Positions 1-10,506 of a stretch of DNA of 64,000 bases are shown piece by piece. Numbering within the stretch: the first letter of the stretch is position 1; each line of letters starts with the position of its first letter. Both the position numbers and the translations under genes were made by a program. Source of the DNA: Cyanobacteria bacterium auto_48_18 (lineage in GTDB: Bacteria; Cyanobacteriota; Vampirovibrionia; Obscuribacterales; Obscuribacteraceae); assembly GCA_036170915.1 (NCBI GenBank), contig JAVHQC010000029.1, forward strand, positions 96,001 through 160,000, written 5' to 3'. Under the pieces are notes generated by a model. It was not told where the DNA came from. It made no database searches and saw only the letters and a program-made list of their open reading frames with translations.

Positions 1-89
1 AAAGAAAGCCGCTTGAGCAGATGATTCTTGATGCTGCAGGGGAATAATCGTAGAGGCGTTAGGGTTTGGGGCGCTTAGAAGGCTGATCA

Positions 90-905
90 ATGTCTATGGA
101 TGAAAAGTTAGTAGTGGCCTTTTTTTGTACCGCTCTGCCCGTTTTAGCTCTGGGCAGCTGGGCTGTGGCTTACAAATTTGCAGGTAAGAATGCCCCCAGT
201 GTCATTCACGACCTGCGCGAATTATTTACTGAATCACTACCTTTTCTAAAAACGCAGTGGCTTTTTCTGGCTATCTGCACTGTGGGCAGCGGAGTTTCAG
301 CCTGTCAACTGTCTCAAACATTTGACCTCGCTCCTGCCTATTACATGGTCTCAGCGGTAACTCAAGGCATTGTGCCAGTTTTGAAACTGTTTTATGTGGC
401 TTACCTGGCAGCGCCACGTAATGCGGCGTTGATAGCCACTATTGGCATTAAAACCATGATTTTTTATCTGATTGGCGAATACATTCAAACCACGGCTATT
501 GCATTAGGTATTGCGCTTCTGGTCTTTCCCGGCCTGTACATCATGGCCAGAACCAGCTTGTTCTTGCCCATTTATGCGGTAGAAGGGCATCGCCCGCTGC
601 ACGCTCTAGAGCGTAGCTGGGCTATTACTAAAGGCAAATATTGGCCGGTCTGCCTTTACCTTGGACCAACTTTTGTCATAGTGCTTCTGGGACACTGTCT
701 GCCTTCTATGGGCATTATGTTGCAGCACCACACCGCCGCTCGCCCACTCATAGCGGCGGTCAGTGCTGTAAGCGGTATGACCTCAACGCTTTTAGACATA
801 ATGCTGGCCGGGCTGATGTACAAGCTTTATCTGCGTTTTTCCGAGCCTGCAGCCGAGTCTCCAGCTGGACCGGCCGCTGGACCTGTAGCTGAACCGAAGC
901 CTTAG
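90..905 (+). CDS. hypothetical integral membrane protein
   Basis: 271-aa ORF with several hydrophobic segments. The 'ALERSWAITKGKYW' pattern is typical of the membrane domain of GDPD-membrane/DUF7544-like proteins. Pro/Ala-rich tail. Confidence 0.6.
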   Translation: MSMDEKLVVAFFCTALPVLALGSWAVAYKFAGKNAPSVIHDLRELFTESLPFLKTQWLFLAICTVGSGVSACQLSQTFDLAPAYYMVSAVTQGIVPVLKLFYVAYLAAPRNAALIATIGIKTMIFYLIGEYIQTTAIALGIALLVFPGLYIMARTSLFLPIYAVEGHRPLHALERSWAITKGKYWPVCLYLGPTFVIVLLGHCLPSMGIMLQHHTAARPLIAAVSAVSGMTSTLLDIMLAGLMYKLYLRFSEPAAESPAGPAAGPVAEPKP

Positions 906-976
906 CCCATAAATTGCCACAAATTTCTCCTATGCTGAGGCTGTCTAAGACTGTCTTAGCGCAGCGGAGGAAACAC

Positions 977-1192
977 ATGGCTAGGGCTCACAAAGATGGC
1001 AGCACTGATGGTATGGCAATTGTCGGCTTCGATAAATGTGCCGGCCTGGTTATGAAAGACAAGAACAACGAATTATTTGATGCGCCGGTCAATTTCAAAA
1101 ATGGCATTCTTGAATTTACCAGACCACTGATTATTCCAAAAGCGGCAGTCGGTGACTACGACCCGTTTCTAAATAGCGGTAAGTGGTCCTAA
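977..1192 (+). CDS. small hypothetical protein (71 aa)
   Basis: GGAGG RBS at 966-970 before ATG 977 (MARAHKDGST...). The ORF-track start at 914 is probably too long. Confidence 0.55.
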   Translation: MARAHKDGSTDGMAIVGFDKCAGLVMKDKNNELFDAPVNFKNGILEFTRPLIIPKAAVGDYDPFLNSGKWS

Positions 1193-2248
1193 GAGCAAGA
1201 GCAGAAATACTTTGGCCTTAAGAGCTCGAGTATCGTCACCAGATACGGTGACAGCAAATGTTTCGGGTGTCGCCTGGGCAACAGAAAATTCGGCCGGCTC
1301 TTTAAAGTCGCTGAGCTCACGGCGCAGCATATCAGGAGCGTTTTTCTCAGAGCTATGAACGGTAGCTTTGAGCCCGCCGCTGCTATCCACTACCTCTACC
1401 ACTGTTGTAGCGCTGGCCGCAAGCTCTTGCAGCTGCAGCATAAATTTATCGCTGCTGTCTTTTGGCACAATACTAGTATCGAGAACCTGCCAGATTTGTG
1501 CACTACCTCTGATACCACGCAAAAGTGTCTTAAGTCGCTCAGGTATAAAGCTCAAATCATTTTCACCAGCATTAGCTTCGTCGGCTCCGGCAGCCGCCGC
1601 CGCCTTAAAACGTATACGCTTAGAAGCATGGTGGTCTTTTGCTTGAGTAGTAATCAGCACGTGGCTCGCGTCTAAGCCAAGTACATGCCACATCTTGCCA
1701 TCACTGCGCCAGCTATTTTCGCCACCAATTTCAGAATGAGAATTGGCATGTTCAATTCTGCTGAGCTCGCGTAAAAGACTATTATTGGGCTTTTCAAAAG
1801 TGAGAATACAATTCTTGCCCAGTCCAGCCTGGTCAACTTCAATATCAAAAACAGTCTGCACAATTTTGTTCTTCTGCAAAATAGAATAGACCGCCGGTGG
1901 TGCGTCCATAACTGGTAGAAGGTAAGGCATGACCATAGCGGAAGGAGCAGCACCAAGGGGAGACTCACCAGCTGTGGCACGGTCGGCGGGCAGTGTAACA
2001 GCCACGTCAGCAGCAGCAAGGCAAGCCGCTTTGTTGAGATTAAGCCAGCTCAAAACCCGCACTTGTTCATCGCGCAAATTAAGCTTAGTAGAGGACATTT
2101 CGATTTCAGGCGCTACAGGTACAACTTTAGGCTTTTTGGCATCAGCTGCCGCGGATAACAAAGTGATTGAAATAGAGATCGACCAGGCCACCACCACTGC
2201 AAAAGTTGTGGACTTCCTGCTGTAATTTCTTGCGTCTGCCAAAAACAA
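1169..2248 (-). CDS. hypothetical exported protein
   Basis: 359-aa ORF with an N-terminal basic plus hydrophobic signal-like segment ending in AAADA. Confidence 0.6.
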   Translation of the reverse strand: MFLADARNYSRKSTTFAVVVAWSISISITLLSAAADAKKPKVVPVAPEIEMSSTKLNLRDEQVRVLSWLNLNKAACLAAADVAVTLPADRATAGESPLGAAPSAMVMPYLLPVMDAPPAVYSILQKNKIVQTVFDIEVDQAGLGKNCILTFEKPNNSLLRELSRIEHANSHSEIGGENSWRSDGKMWHVLGLDASHVLITTQAKDHHASKRIRFKAAAAAGADEANAGENDLSFIPERLKTLLRGIRGSAQIWQVLDTSIVPKDSSDKFMLQLQELAASATTVVEVVDSSGGLKATVHSSEKNAPDMLRRELSDFKEPAEFSVAQATPETFAVTVSGDDTRALKAKVFLLLLLGPLTAI

Positions 2249-2254
2249 ATTGCT

Positions 2255-2797
2255 CTACCTTGAGGCTTCGAAATTTAAGTTAAAGGGTTCCATTTTCGAA
2301 CTGTCGTGATTGGTCAAAGCCACTTCATCACCAACGGTTTCGAAAGAAAAATCATCTACCCATGCCTGGCCAGAGCCGGTCAACATCAAACCGAAATCAA
2401 TAAATGTTGATGATTCCGGCACTTCCACCACTATGTTGTACTGGGTCCAATCAGTGACGTCGAGTATAGGCCGGTCTTCCATGTTGTCGAAGCAATTGGG
2501 TTTAGTGCTGGTGCTGGTCCAGTCGCCGGCAATGCGCAACCACAACTGCACTTTGCCGCCAGCGCAATTGCTCTTGACCCAGGCCGACATACGTAGCCTT
2601 TTACCTAAATATGGCGCGGGTGAAAAGCCCTGGCTGAGATATGCCAGAGGCCGAGGTTTATCCACCACCGAGCGCAGATAAACGCAGCGGGTGCCACTGT
2701 GTTTTACTTTCTCGTCAATCCCTGCTTCGTAATCGTCACCGTTAGCTGAGCTAAAAGTCCATCCGGGAGGCAGTTGTATCTTCTTAACTTTTTTCAT
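2255..2797 (-). CDS. stand-alone galactose-binding-like (CBM-like) domain protein, like the domain found on some AraC regulators and erythromycin esterases
   Basis: Motif series GW..DYE.GID..VKHSG, Y.GKRLRMSAWVK, LWLRI, FDNM.DRPI, W..Y.IV.EVP, FGLML.GSG.AWVD, NLNFE. Confidence 0.6.
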   Translation of the reverse strand: MKKVKKIQLPPGWTFSSANGDDYEAGIDEKVKHSGTRCVYLRSVVDKPRPLAYLSQGFSPAPYLGKRLRMSAWVKSNCAGGKVQLWLRIAGDWTSTSTKPNCFDNMEDRPILDVTDWTQYNIVVEVPESSTFIDFGLMLTGSGQAWVDDFSFETVGDEVALTNHDSSKMEPFNLNFEASR

Positions 2798-2888
2798 CGA
2801 ACATCCGTGAATACTCAGCTAATATCAAACCACAATGTAGCTCCTGTGAAACCTTGTCAGGAGCGTATTAATAAGTTGATTTTGGCAA

Positions 2889-4070
2889 TTAATCAGCGCC
2901 GCTGTCGGTGCTATTGACAGCTTGTTTGGGCTCTTCGTTGTCTTCATGGCCAAAAGCAATGGCGAAAGCCTTTTTGGCAATTTGATAAACCGGCGGTTTA
3001 CGCAAATTGGAAAGGGCGATCACGGCACATTTTGACTGAGGCAAAAGAATGACGGTGGAAGCGACGCCAGGTGTGCCGCCGTTCATTGCCAGCTTAAGTT
3101 GACCGTTTAAACTGGCCGGGTTGGCAGAATTCCACCCGAAGGCCCATGGACAAGGCAGACCTGTGCTTAGAGGGGGCCGCTCAGCCCACAGTCTGTAATA
3201 AGAGATAACTGACAAAATTTTCCCATTAAGCATGCCCAGTACATATTTGATCATGTCGTTCTGAGTGCTGGCGAGCATTCCGGCTGAGTACGCCACTGCC
3301 GGATTTTTATACTCAACTACACGCAGTTCTCCTGAACCATCACCATAACCCTGAGCCACACGACCAGTGTCGCGCAATAAAAAAGTTGTGGCGGTACTGC
3401 TCATATTGAGCGGCCCGAGAATGGTCTCGCGCACCACGTCTAGATAGTCGCGTCCAGTCACTTTGGCGATCACTGAGCCAAGAAGACGGTAGCTAAAATT
3501 GGAATAGTGAAACTCGGCTCCGGGTTGCGATTGCAGAGGCGTATTGACGAGAATGGGCAATTGGTCTCTCCAAAGTGTTTCTTTTGAGAGCACCGTCGGC
3601 ACACCTGCTGTCATAGAAGCAAGCTGCCGAATGGTGAGGTTCTGGTAAGGTGGAGTGAGGTCAGAAAGATACTTGGCCAGCGGGTCATCGAGGTTAATCA
3701 AGCCTTTCTCTACCAGCGAAAGCAAAGTAATGGCAGTGAAGGTTTTAGTCATGGAAGCTAAACCAAATACGGTATCACCATCAACAGGGCGACGACTTTG
3801 TAAATCGGCATAGCCGTAACACTTTTGAAATACGACTTGATTGTTGTAAATCACAGCCAGAGCGTATCCCGGCACATTTAGTTCTGTCACTTGCGCAGCC
3901 GCCATCTGGTCAACAGCTTCCAACTTAGCTTTTAAAGCATCACTGATATAAGGACCAGGTATGGTATCAATTACAATCGGCGAGGCAGGCTCGCCTGGTA
4001 TCACTTTTGCCTGAACAGCCGAAGTATTGAGAATCGCAAGAAGTACAGCCAAAACCAGTTTACTTTTCAT
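2889..4070 (-). CDS. serine hydrolase, beta-lactamase class C/AmpC-like family, secreted
   Basis: Signal peptide, SxxK (ASMTK), YxN (YSN), and a C-terminal NGGTPG motif. Confidence 0.85.
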   Translation of the reverse strand: MKSKLVLAVLLAILNTSAVQAKVIPGEPASPIVIDTIPGPYISDALKAKLEAVDQMAAAQVTELNVPGYALAVIYNNQVVFQKCYGYADLQSRRPVDGDTVFGLASMTKTFTAITLLSLVEKGLINLDDPLAKYLSDLTPPYQNLTIRQLASMTAGVPTVLSKETLWRDQLPILVNTPLQSQPGAEFHYSNFSYRLLGSVIAKVTGRDYLDVVRETILGPLNMSSTATTFLLRDTGRVAQGYGDGSGELRVVEYKNPAVAYSAGMLASTQNDMIKYVLGMLNGKILSVISYYRLWAERPPLSTGLPCPWAFGWNSANPASLNGQLKLAMNGGTPGVASTVILLPQSKCAVIALSNLRKPPVYQIAKKAFAIAFGHEDNEEPKQAVNSTDSGAD

Positions 4071-4866
4071 GCTTCTGCTCCAAATCTTGCCTTACCTGGG
4101 GCGGCTCTTTAAACCAGTTGGTGTCAAAACTAAAGCCAAAACCAGCTTCTTTGGCACCAAGTTCTGCGCGATATGGATTTTGACAAATATAAATAACACA
4201 CACATTCATTGAGAGAAAAATTGCCACGAAGGCGGTCATGATCGTTTGTGCGAGCAGACTTTCCAGGCAGAAGAAATAAGTGAAAAGCACAATCAAAACA
4301 CCTCCGGCCACCAGTACCGACCAGAGCACGGGGGAGGGATTACTTTTAGCTGATACCATGCGAAAACGTCTGGCCGCAGAGAGTTCTTCAATATTACTGA
4401 TCATCGTTGAATAGCAAGCCGACTCTTTTCCATCGGCAGGATTATAGTGTGTCACTTCATGCCATATTTTTTGATAAGAAGGAATGGTGCCCTCTTTGAT
4501 TTTTCCTTCTTCAATAGCCGACCAGTCTTGATCGACGGCAATCACCGAATATTCGTAGACTGCCTGACAAATATTGTGACGGGTCGGGTCTTTAAAGGTT
4601 TTGGCCAGATGATAAATATTAGAGAGCATATTTGCTTCAGTTATTGCCATTTGCTTGGCAGTATCAACCTTGGCTTGCGAGCTGACCACAATTAAGCCAA
4701 CGACAATGGCATACAGCGTACCGACGATGGCCAGCATCACGCCACCAACCTCGTGACAAGCTTTGCGCGACTCGCTCGAAATGCGCTTACGCACCATGAA
4801 CATACCGCCCACGGCAAGCACAGCACTGCCACCAATAATATAGATGCCATCAACAATTGAATTCAT
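4060..4866 (-). CDS. DUF4239/bestrophin-like membrane protein
   Basis: TM helices, 'VGTLYAIVVGLIVV', 'ARRFR', and C-terminal TM pair with 'NPY'. Overlaps the next gene by 11 nt. Confidence 0.7.
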   Translation of the reverse strand: MNSIVDGIYIIGGSAVLAVGGMFMVRKRISSESRKACHEVGGVMLAIVGTLYAIVVGLIVVSSQAKVDTAKQMAITEANMLSNIYHLAKTFKDPTRHNICQAVYEYSVIAVDQDWSAIEEGKIKEGTIPSYQKIWHEVTHYNPADGKESACYSTMISNIEELSAARRFRMVSAKSNPSPVLWSVLVAGGVLIVLFTYFFCLESLLAQTIMTAFVAIFLSMNVCVIYICQNPYRAELGAKEAGFGFSFDTNWFKEPPQVRQDLEQKHEK

Positions 4867-4963
4867 CGGCTTATTTTAGCGACTTTTCGTCAATGCTATA
4901 TTGAAGAATCTTTGTGATAATGAAAACAGAAGTAAATAACGCGCTGAGGCAACTGTGTGAACG

Positions 4964-5215
4964 ATGAGCGATGAACTCAGTATCGAAGGAGAAGTCGAAC
5001 AGTTCGATTTGAATAATGCAGAAAAGATGCTTGTCTTGGCCGCACTTCAACGCATGATGGTTAGAGGAAGGTACAGAAAAGTTGAAGGGGCCAAGCTTGT
5101 TGACTTTCAAAAACTGGTAGCGAAATTTAGTAACCAGGATCTGGTTCGCGTGGGCCGGAAGCATGTTCTGCTTGAAAAAGAGAAGCCAAAGACGCGACCC
5201 CCTGAGCAGTGGTAG
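4964..5215 (+). CDS. small hypothetical protein
   Basis: 83-aa ORF filling the gap between flanking minus-strand genes, with protein-like composition. Confidence 0.5.
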   Translation: MSDELSIEGEVEQFDLNNAEKMLVLAALQRMMVRGRYRKVEGAKLVDFQKLVAKFSNQDLVRVGRKHVLLEKEKPKTRPPEQW

Positions 5216-5251
5216 CTAGCGTCAAAGGCTTATTTAAAGCAAGCGATATTG

Positions 5252-6805
5252 TCAATGCATCATTCTCAAAGGCAAACGATAACGCACCGCTTCAGTAATA
5301 TGCTCTTGTGAGATATTCTCACAATCACCCAGGTCAGCAATTGTGCGCGCCAGGCGCAAAATGCGATCGTAAGCTCGTGCCGAAAGACTATATTGAGCCA
5401 CTGCCCGAGCTAAAAGTTCTTTTGTTCTCGAATCAATCTGACAAAATCTATTCAAATCTCGCTGCCCTAAGGTGCCATTAAAATGAAAACCGCCCACCGC
5501 GGTGCGTGATTTATTGCGCAATCTTTGTCGGTCTACAGCCAGTTCAACTCTGCGCCTTATGGATGCCGAACTTTCTTCATTAATACTGCCGGTTAGTTCG
5601 TTTATAGAGAGGCGAGAGACTTCAACTTGCAAATCGATGCGGTCTAAAAACGGACCAGACAACCTGCTCCAATATCGCTCAGCTTGCGTCGAGGTGCAAT
5701 AGCAGTGTTTGACTGGGTCGCCTCGGAAACCACATGGACAGGGGTTACAGGCTGCCACCAGCGTGAAAGATGCAGGATAGGTAAGTGTCTGACCAGCGCG
5801 GGAAATCATTACTGTGCGAGTCTCTAACGGTTGCCTTAAATTTTCTAGATGGCCGCGGGGAAATTCGGTCAATTCGTCTAAAAAAAGTACTCCCAGGTGG
5901 CTGAGTGAAATTTCGCCAGGCTTAGGATGAGCGCCGCCACCAACAAGACCTACAGCTGAAGCCGTGTGGTGCGGGCTACGAAAAGGCCTCTCCGCCACAA
6001 TTTTTTCTTTGTGTTTGAGCAGACCAGCCACACTCCAGAGTTTCGTCAACTCAATGGCTTCGTCAAATTCAAGGGGCGGCATAATGCTTGGTAAGCGCTC
6101 TGCTAGCATAGATTTACCAGAGCCTGGCGAGCCGACCATCATAATGTTGTGTTTACCGGCCGCTGCAATCTCTAAGCCGCGTTTAGTGGCGCCCTGCCCT
6201 TTAACATCGCGAAAATCTTTATGATGAACAACGCCAGATGCGGCACGAGCAAACTGAGCGCGACTGGCGCCACCATAAGTAGTGCCGTTCTCTAAATTTT
6301 CGGCTATCTTAAATACTTGCATTAAGTGCGAAACCGGATAAACTTTTAACCCTTCAACCAGTGCGGCCTCTTCCGCATTGCCTTCAGGTACGACTATGCC
6401 TTTAGCGCCGGCCTTACGTGCGGCTACTGCAATAGGCAGCACACCTGAGACCGGCCTTACAGATCCGCTAAGAGACAACTCACCTACAAACCAGAAGTCA
6501 GCGATATTATCAAAAGGCATCAGGCCAGTGGCGGCCAAAATACCTGTGGCAATGGGCAAATCGTATGCTGGGCCTTCTTTGCGAATGTCGCATGGTGCCA
6601 GATTAACTACCCATTTCTTGCCAGGCGGTATAAAGAATGAGCAGGCCTTAATGGCCGCCTTTACCCGCTCTTGCGCTTCTTTGACTGACGCGTCCGGTAA
6701 GCCAACCACGCTGATTGTGCCGAGCCCCTGACAGCAGTCGACCTCAACTTCAATTGGATGTGCGTCAACACCCTGTACCGCACCAGAGAAAACACGTGCA
6801 AACAT
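5252..6805 (-). CDS. comM: YifB/ComM family Mg-chelatase-like AAA+ ATPase
   Basis: VGLPD..VKEA.ERV, Walker A GSPGSGKS, RPFRSPHHTAS, GVLFLDE, NPCPCG, SGP.LDRID, LSARAYDRILRLARTIADL. RBS (GAGAGG) precedes ATG 6805. Confidence 0.93.
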   Translation of the reverse strand: MFARVFSGAVQGVDAHPIEVEVDCCQGLGTISVVGLPDASVKEAQERVKAAIKACSFFIPPGKKWVVNLAPCDIRKEGPAYDLPIATGILAATGLMPFDNIADFWFVGELSLSGSVRPVSGVLPIAVAARKAGAKGIVVPEGNAEEAALVEGLKVYPVSHLMQVFKIAENLENGTTYGGASRAQFARAASGVVHHKDFRDVKGQGATKRGLEIAAAGKHNIMMVGSPGSGKSMLAERLPSIMPPLEFDEAIELTKLWSVAGLLKHKEKIVAERPFRSPHHTASAVGLVGGGAHPKPGEISLSHLGVLFLDELTEFPRGHLENLRQPLETRTVMISRAGQTLTYPASFTLVAACNPCPCGFRGDPVKHCYCTSTQAERYWSRLSGPFLDRIDLQVEVSRLSINELTGSINEESSASIRRRVELAVDRQRLRNKSRTAVGGFHFNGTLGQRDLNRFCQIDSRTKELLARAVAQYSLSARAYDRILRLARTIADLGDCENISQEHITEAVRYRLPLRMMH

Positions 6806-6905
6806 AAAATACCTCTCGTTACTTGAACCGCTCAAAAATTGCCCCTATTAGTAGCAACGGAATTTGAGGCAAGAAAGTTCAATTTTTCGGCAAGATTTTA
6901 TGCAA

Positions 6906-7709
6906 TTATTTTTTTGTCTGGTTTTTCGGCGAGCTCTTCGATGCTGAGTTTTCAATTTTTGTCAGCACAGCTCGGGCTTCTACGTTATCAGGATGCTTAT
7001 CAAGAATTTTGTTCAATTCAGCACTAGCCTCAGCACGTTGTCCTTTAGTATTTAAAGCCGACGCCAAACCAATGCGTGCATCATAATTTTCAGGTTCGAT
7101 TTCAAGGGCCTGGCTTTCTTCTTTAATCTGACCGTCAATATCACCAGAAAGTCCTAAAACCAGAGCCAATTTATGGTGATTCTTATCGTTGTGAGCATCG
7201 TACTTGCAAGCATTGCGATAAGCTTCGATGGCAGTCGGTAAATTACCAAGACCCAGAGCCGCTTCTGCCAGAGCACAATAGGCACGCGGCTCGGTTGAAT
7301 CAAGAGCGATGGCAGCCTTTGCTTCATTGAAGGCAGGCTCAAACATAGATTTTTTTGCCATCGCTTCAGAGAGCACATAGTGGGCAATGGCGTTCTTAGG
7401 ATCCACTTCTATAGCGGTTTTAAGAGTGGTAATGGCCTCGTCATATTTTCCCAGTTCGTTTTCAATCACTCCCAGATTATTCAAAGCAGTGGGACTTTTT
7501 GGTTCACTCAAAAGGGCTTCACGATATTCGTGCTCGGCTTTTTCATACTCACTCATCTTAAAATACTCATTGCCGCGAATGAGAAAAGATGAGGCTGTGG
7601 GCCGAATGTGCTGACAGCCTGGCAAAGAGATGAGAGCAAAAAGCAAAATTAAAGCAGCGGCATTTTTTTGTGCCCCACTTCTTTTTTTACTGCTTTTGGT
7701 CTCACTCAT
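6906..7709 (-). CDS. TPR-repeat protein, probable lipoprotein
   Basis: Hydrophobic leader with lipobox-like LPGC, followed by multiple TPR repeats. Confidence 0.8.
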   Translation of the reverse strand: MSETKSSKKRSGAQKNAAALILLFALISLPGCQHIRPTASSFLIRGNEYFKMSEYEKAEHEYREALLSEPKSPTALNNLGVIENELGKYDEAITTLKTAIEVDPKNAIAHYVLSEAMAKKSMFEPAFNEAKAAIALDSTEPRAYCALAEAALGLGNLPTAIEAYRNACKYDAHNDKNHHKLALVLGLSGDIDGQIKEESQALEIEPENYDARIGLASALNTKGQRAEASAELNKILDKHPDNVEARAVLTKIENSASKSSPKNQTKK

Positions 7710-7713
7710 ATTT

Positions 7714-9519
7714 TTACCGGAGAGTGTTGGCCACTTTTGCTTTAGGCGGCTCGTTCAAAACCGCCAGCTCTTTCAATTGCTCAGGTGAAGCCAATGACGG
7801 TGCTCCAGTCATAGGGCAAGCACCCGACTGTGTTTTTGGAAAAGCAATAACGTCACGAATTGATTTGCATCCGCAAAGCAACATGATCATGCGATCAAGA
7901 CCAAGAGCAATGCCACCATGGGGAGGGGCACCAGATTCAAGCGCTTCCAACAAGAAACCAAACTTTTCGCTGGCTGTTTCACTATCAAGTCCGATAGCGG
8001 CAAAGGCTCTGGACTGCAGTTCCTGGCTGTGTATACGAATAGACCCACCACCAATTTCGCAACCGTTATAAACGATATCGTAAGCTCGCGCTCTCGCTTT
8101 TTCTGGTGCACTTTCGAGGTTATCGAGATCTTCAAGGCGAGGAGAAGTAAACGGATGGTGCACAGCCATCAAGCGACCCTGTTCTTCATCATATTCGAAC
8201 AAAGGAAAATCAACGACCCAGAGCAAGCTGTGAATATTGGTGTCAATTAAATTAAGTTCTTCAGCCAGTTTCAAGCGGAAACGTCCCATGACGTTGGCGA
8301 CCGCTTTAGGAGCATCGGCCATCATCAAAACCAGATCACCGGCCTTGGCTGAGCAAAGTTCTTTGATCTTTTCAATTTCTTCTGCCGACAAATGTTTGTC
8401 CAAACCAGAAGATCTGTTGGAGTCTTTACCAAAGGCAATCCAGGCCAGACCTTTGCCGCCCACAGATTTTGTATATTCATTCCACAAATCTAATTGTTTG
8501 CGCGATGAGCTTTCAGCGCGACCTTCAAGCACAATGGCTTTCAGTTCACCACCGGCTTCCGCCACTTGCTTGAAGACTTTGAACTGGCAGTTTTTTGCCA
8601 CTTCGGTAAGATCTTTGAAAGCCAGATCAAAACGCAAATCGGGTTTGTCACTGCCATAGAGACCCATGGCATCGCTATAGCTTAAACGCTGGAAGGGTGG
8701 CTGAATGTCAATTCCTGCACATTTAAAAGCTTCAACCAGCAAGCCTTCAGTCACTCGCATGACTTCATCTTCATCGACAAAAGAAAATTCCATGTCGATT
8801 TGAGTAAATTCTGGTTGGCGGTCAGCGCGCAGATCTTCATCGCGGAAGCAGCGAGCAACTTGATAATATCTGTCAACGCCGCTAATCATCAGTGTTTGCT
8901 TAAACAATTGGGGAGATTGCGGCAGTGCGTACCAGTTGCCGGGATTCAAGCGACTGGGCACCAAAAAGTCACGAGCCCCTTCAGGAGTGGCTTTGCAAAG
9001 AATTGGAGTTTCGACTTCGATAAAGCCTTCATGATCAAGATATTTGCGAATGGCCTGGCTGACACGGTGGCGCATCACCAGATTGGAGTTCATTTCAGGG
9101 CGACGCAAATCTAGATAGCGATATTTCAAACGCAAAGCTTCATCGACCTTATCACCTTGATCTAGTTGAAAAGGCAGGGGCCGACAGGTGTTCAGAAGTT
9201 CGAACTGGTCAGGATAGATTTCAATCGCTCCGCTGCCGCTTTCAGATTTGGCTGTGCCTTCAGGTCGCTTTGCAACTTTTCCTTTGATTGCTATGACAAA
9301 TTCATTTTTCAGATCAACGAACTGATCGTGTATCGCTTTATTTTTATTCGGGTCTGCGATGAGCTGCACTTTGCCTGTGGAATCGCGCAGTTCAACGAAG
9401 ATTATTCCACCCAGATCACGCACCACATTGACCCAACCGGCCAGGCAGACATCTTGCCCTGCCAGGTCGGCGTTCAATTGCGCGCACTTGTGATCTCGCT
9501 TTAGTACCGAGCTAGCCAC
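7714..9519 (-). CDS. aspS: aspartate--tRNA ligase
   Basis: GWV..RDLGG, LRLKYRYLDLR, TPEGARDFLVPSR, LPQSPQLFKQ, RCFRDEDLRADRQPEFTQID, HHPFT, GAPPHGGIALGLDR. Confidence 0.98.
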   Translation of the reverse strand: MASSVLKRDHKCAQLNADLAGQDVCLAGWVNVVRDLGGIIFVELRDSTGKVQLIADPNKNKAIHDQFVDLKNEFVIAIKGKVAKRPEGTAKSESGSGAIEIYPDQFELLNTCRPLPFQLDQGDKVDEALRLKYRYLDLRRPEMNSNLVMRHRVSQAIRKYLDHEGFIEVETPILCKATPEGARDFLVPSRLNPGNWYALPQSPQLFKQTLMISGVDRYYQVARCFRDEDLRADRQPEFTQIDMEFSFVDEDEVMRVTEGLLVEAFKCAGIDIQPPFQRLSYSDAMGLYGSDKPDLRFDLAFKDLTEVAKNCQFKVFKQVAEAGGELKAIVLEGRAESSSRKQLDLWNEYTKSVGGKGLAWIAFGKDSNRSSGLDKHLSAEEIEKIKELCSAKAGDLVLMMADAPKAVANVMGRFRLKLAEELNLIDTNIHSLLWVVDFPLFEYDEEQGRLMAVHHPFTSPRLEDLDNLESAPEKARARAYDIVYNGCEIGGGSIRIHSQELQSRAFAAIGLDSETASEKFGFLLEALESGAPPHGGIALGLDRMIMLLCGCKSIRDVIAFPKTQSGACPMTGAPSLASPEQLKELAVLNEPPKAKVANTLR

Positions 9520-9736
9520 GATGAATCCCCCTGAACACCAATCTCTTTGAGACGTAACCGAACCGAATTAAGACGAAAAGCTCATTGTATCGGACTTTTG
9601 ACCGGTTAATGCGCAGATACGCCCTGCCTGTTACGAATCGGAAGAGTAGTCAAAATTGCAGAACGTTCTATACTAAAAGTAGTTTGTTAGATGTTTTTCT
9701 TTTTTCAATCCTGCTTTTAGTAAAGAGTCAAATTCA

Positions 9737-10282
9737 ATGAGTTTTCTATCTGAGCCAATTGTTCGCATTATCCTGGGTCTTTTGGTAATTGCTGTCGGCA
9801 TTTCCTTTATATGGAAAGGTTGGCTGGCCAGCGTACTTGGCCGCTTTACTTATTGGTCCGGCTTTTTGCCATTCACCATAATTTCGCCGTGGTTGGTGCA
9901 CCTTCCCCAGGGCAAACGCTCTTTGATTAAGACCAAAGAAGGCATGTTGGCTCACATGGTCATGGGTCCTTCCTTCTTCTTATGCGCTGTATTGTGCATT
10001 TGCGCCGGCGCTGACCTGGTGGGCTGGCCAGGCACGTACTATCTCAATCTGGTCATAAATGGCGGAGACACTTCCAAACCCACGTCCATTTCATTCAATG
10101 AACGTAATGGTAAATACGATTTTCCGCTGTTAAAAAGAGCCAGTGCCAAGTTCTACCACCAGGTCTTCGAGCATCGCGTTGACGAAACTCATGACTTGTT
10201 AGGTCGCAAAATCGACCAGATGCTTCCTGAGCAGACTACGACTATTGATGGCGCCAGAATTCAGAAGTCGCAAGGCAAGTAG
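9737..10282 (+). CDS. hypothetical membrane protein
   Basis: 181-aa ORF with about three TM segments, followed by a terminator. Confidence 0.65.
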   Translation: MSFLSEPIVRIILGLLVIAVGISFIWKGWLASVLGRFTYWSGFLPFTIISPWLVHLPQGKRSLIKTKEGMLAHMVMGPSFFLCAVLCICAGADLVGWPGTYYLNLVINGGDTSKPTSISFNERNGKYDFPLLKRASAKFYHQVFEHRVDETHDLLGRKIDQMLPEQTTTIDGARIQKSQGK

Positions 10283-10303
10283 ATTCAATCTGTATTTAGT
10301 CTT

Positions 10304-10330
10304 AAAAAGCCCGGTTAGCCGGGCTTTTTT
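10304..10330 (+). terminator. intrinsic terminator (bidirectional-looking)
   Basis: AAAAAGCCCGG-TTAG-CCGGGCTTTTTT. Confidence 0.85.
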
Positions 10331-10506
10331 CTTACAATTTTGTTGAGACGGCCGCCGCTCGAGCCAACCTTACGCTCTATTTAGTTAAGTAGTGTCGCAG
10401 GAAGCCCACCAACGCTTGAAGACGCTGCGATGCAATGCTAGGATGTGCCTTCGGATATCTTTTGTATAACTAGTTATTTCGCAGAAAAGAATTGGGGTGA
10501 ATTCGT

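Noticed and set aside
7714..9519. Assigning AspRS as discriminating or non-discriminating
   Set aside because: The signature is mixed (RDLGG but RPEG), a combination that occurs in ordinary enzymes. It cannot be decided from sequence and is not unusual.
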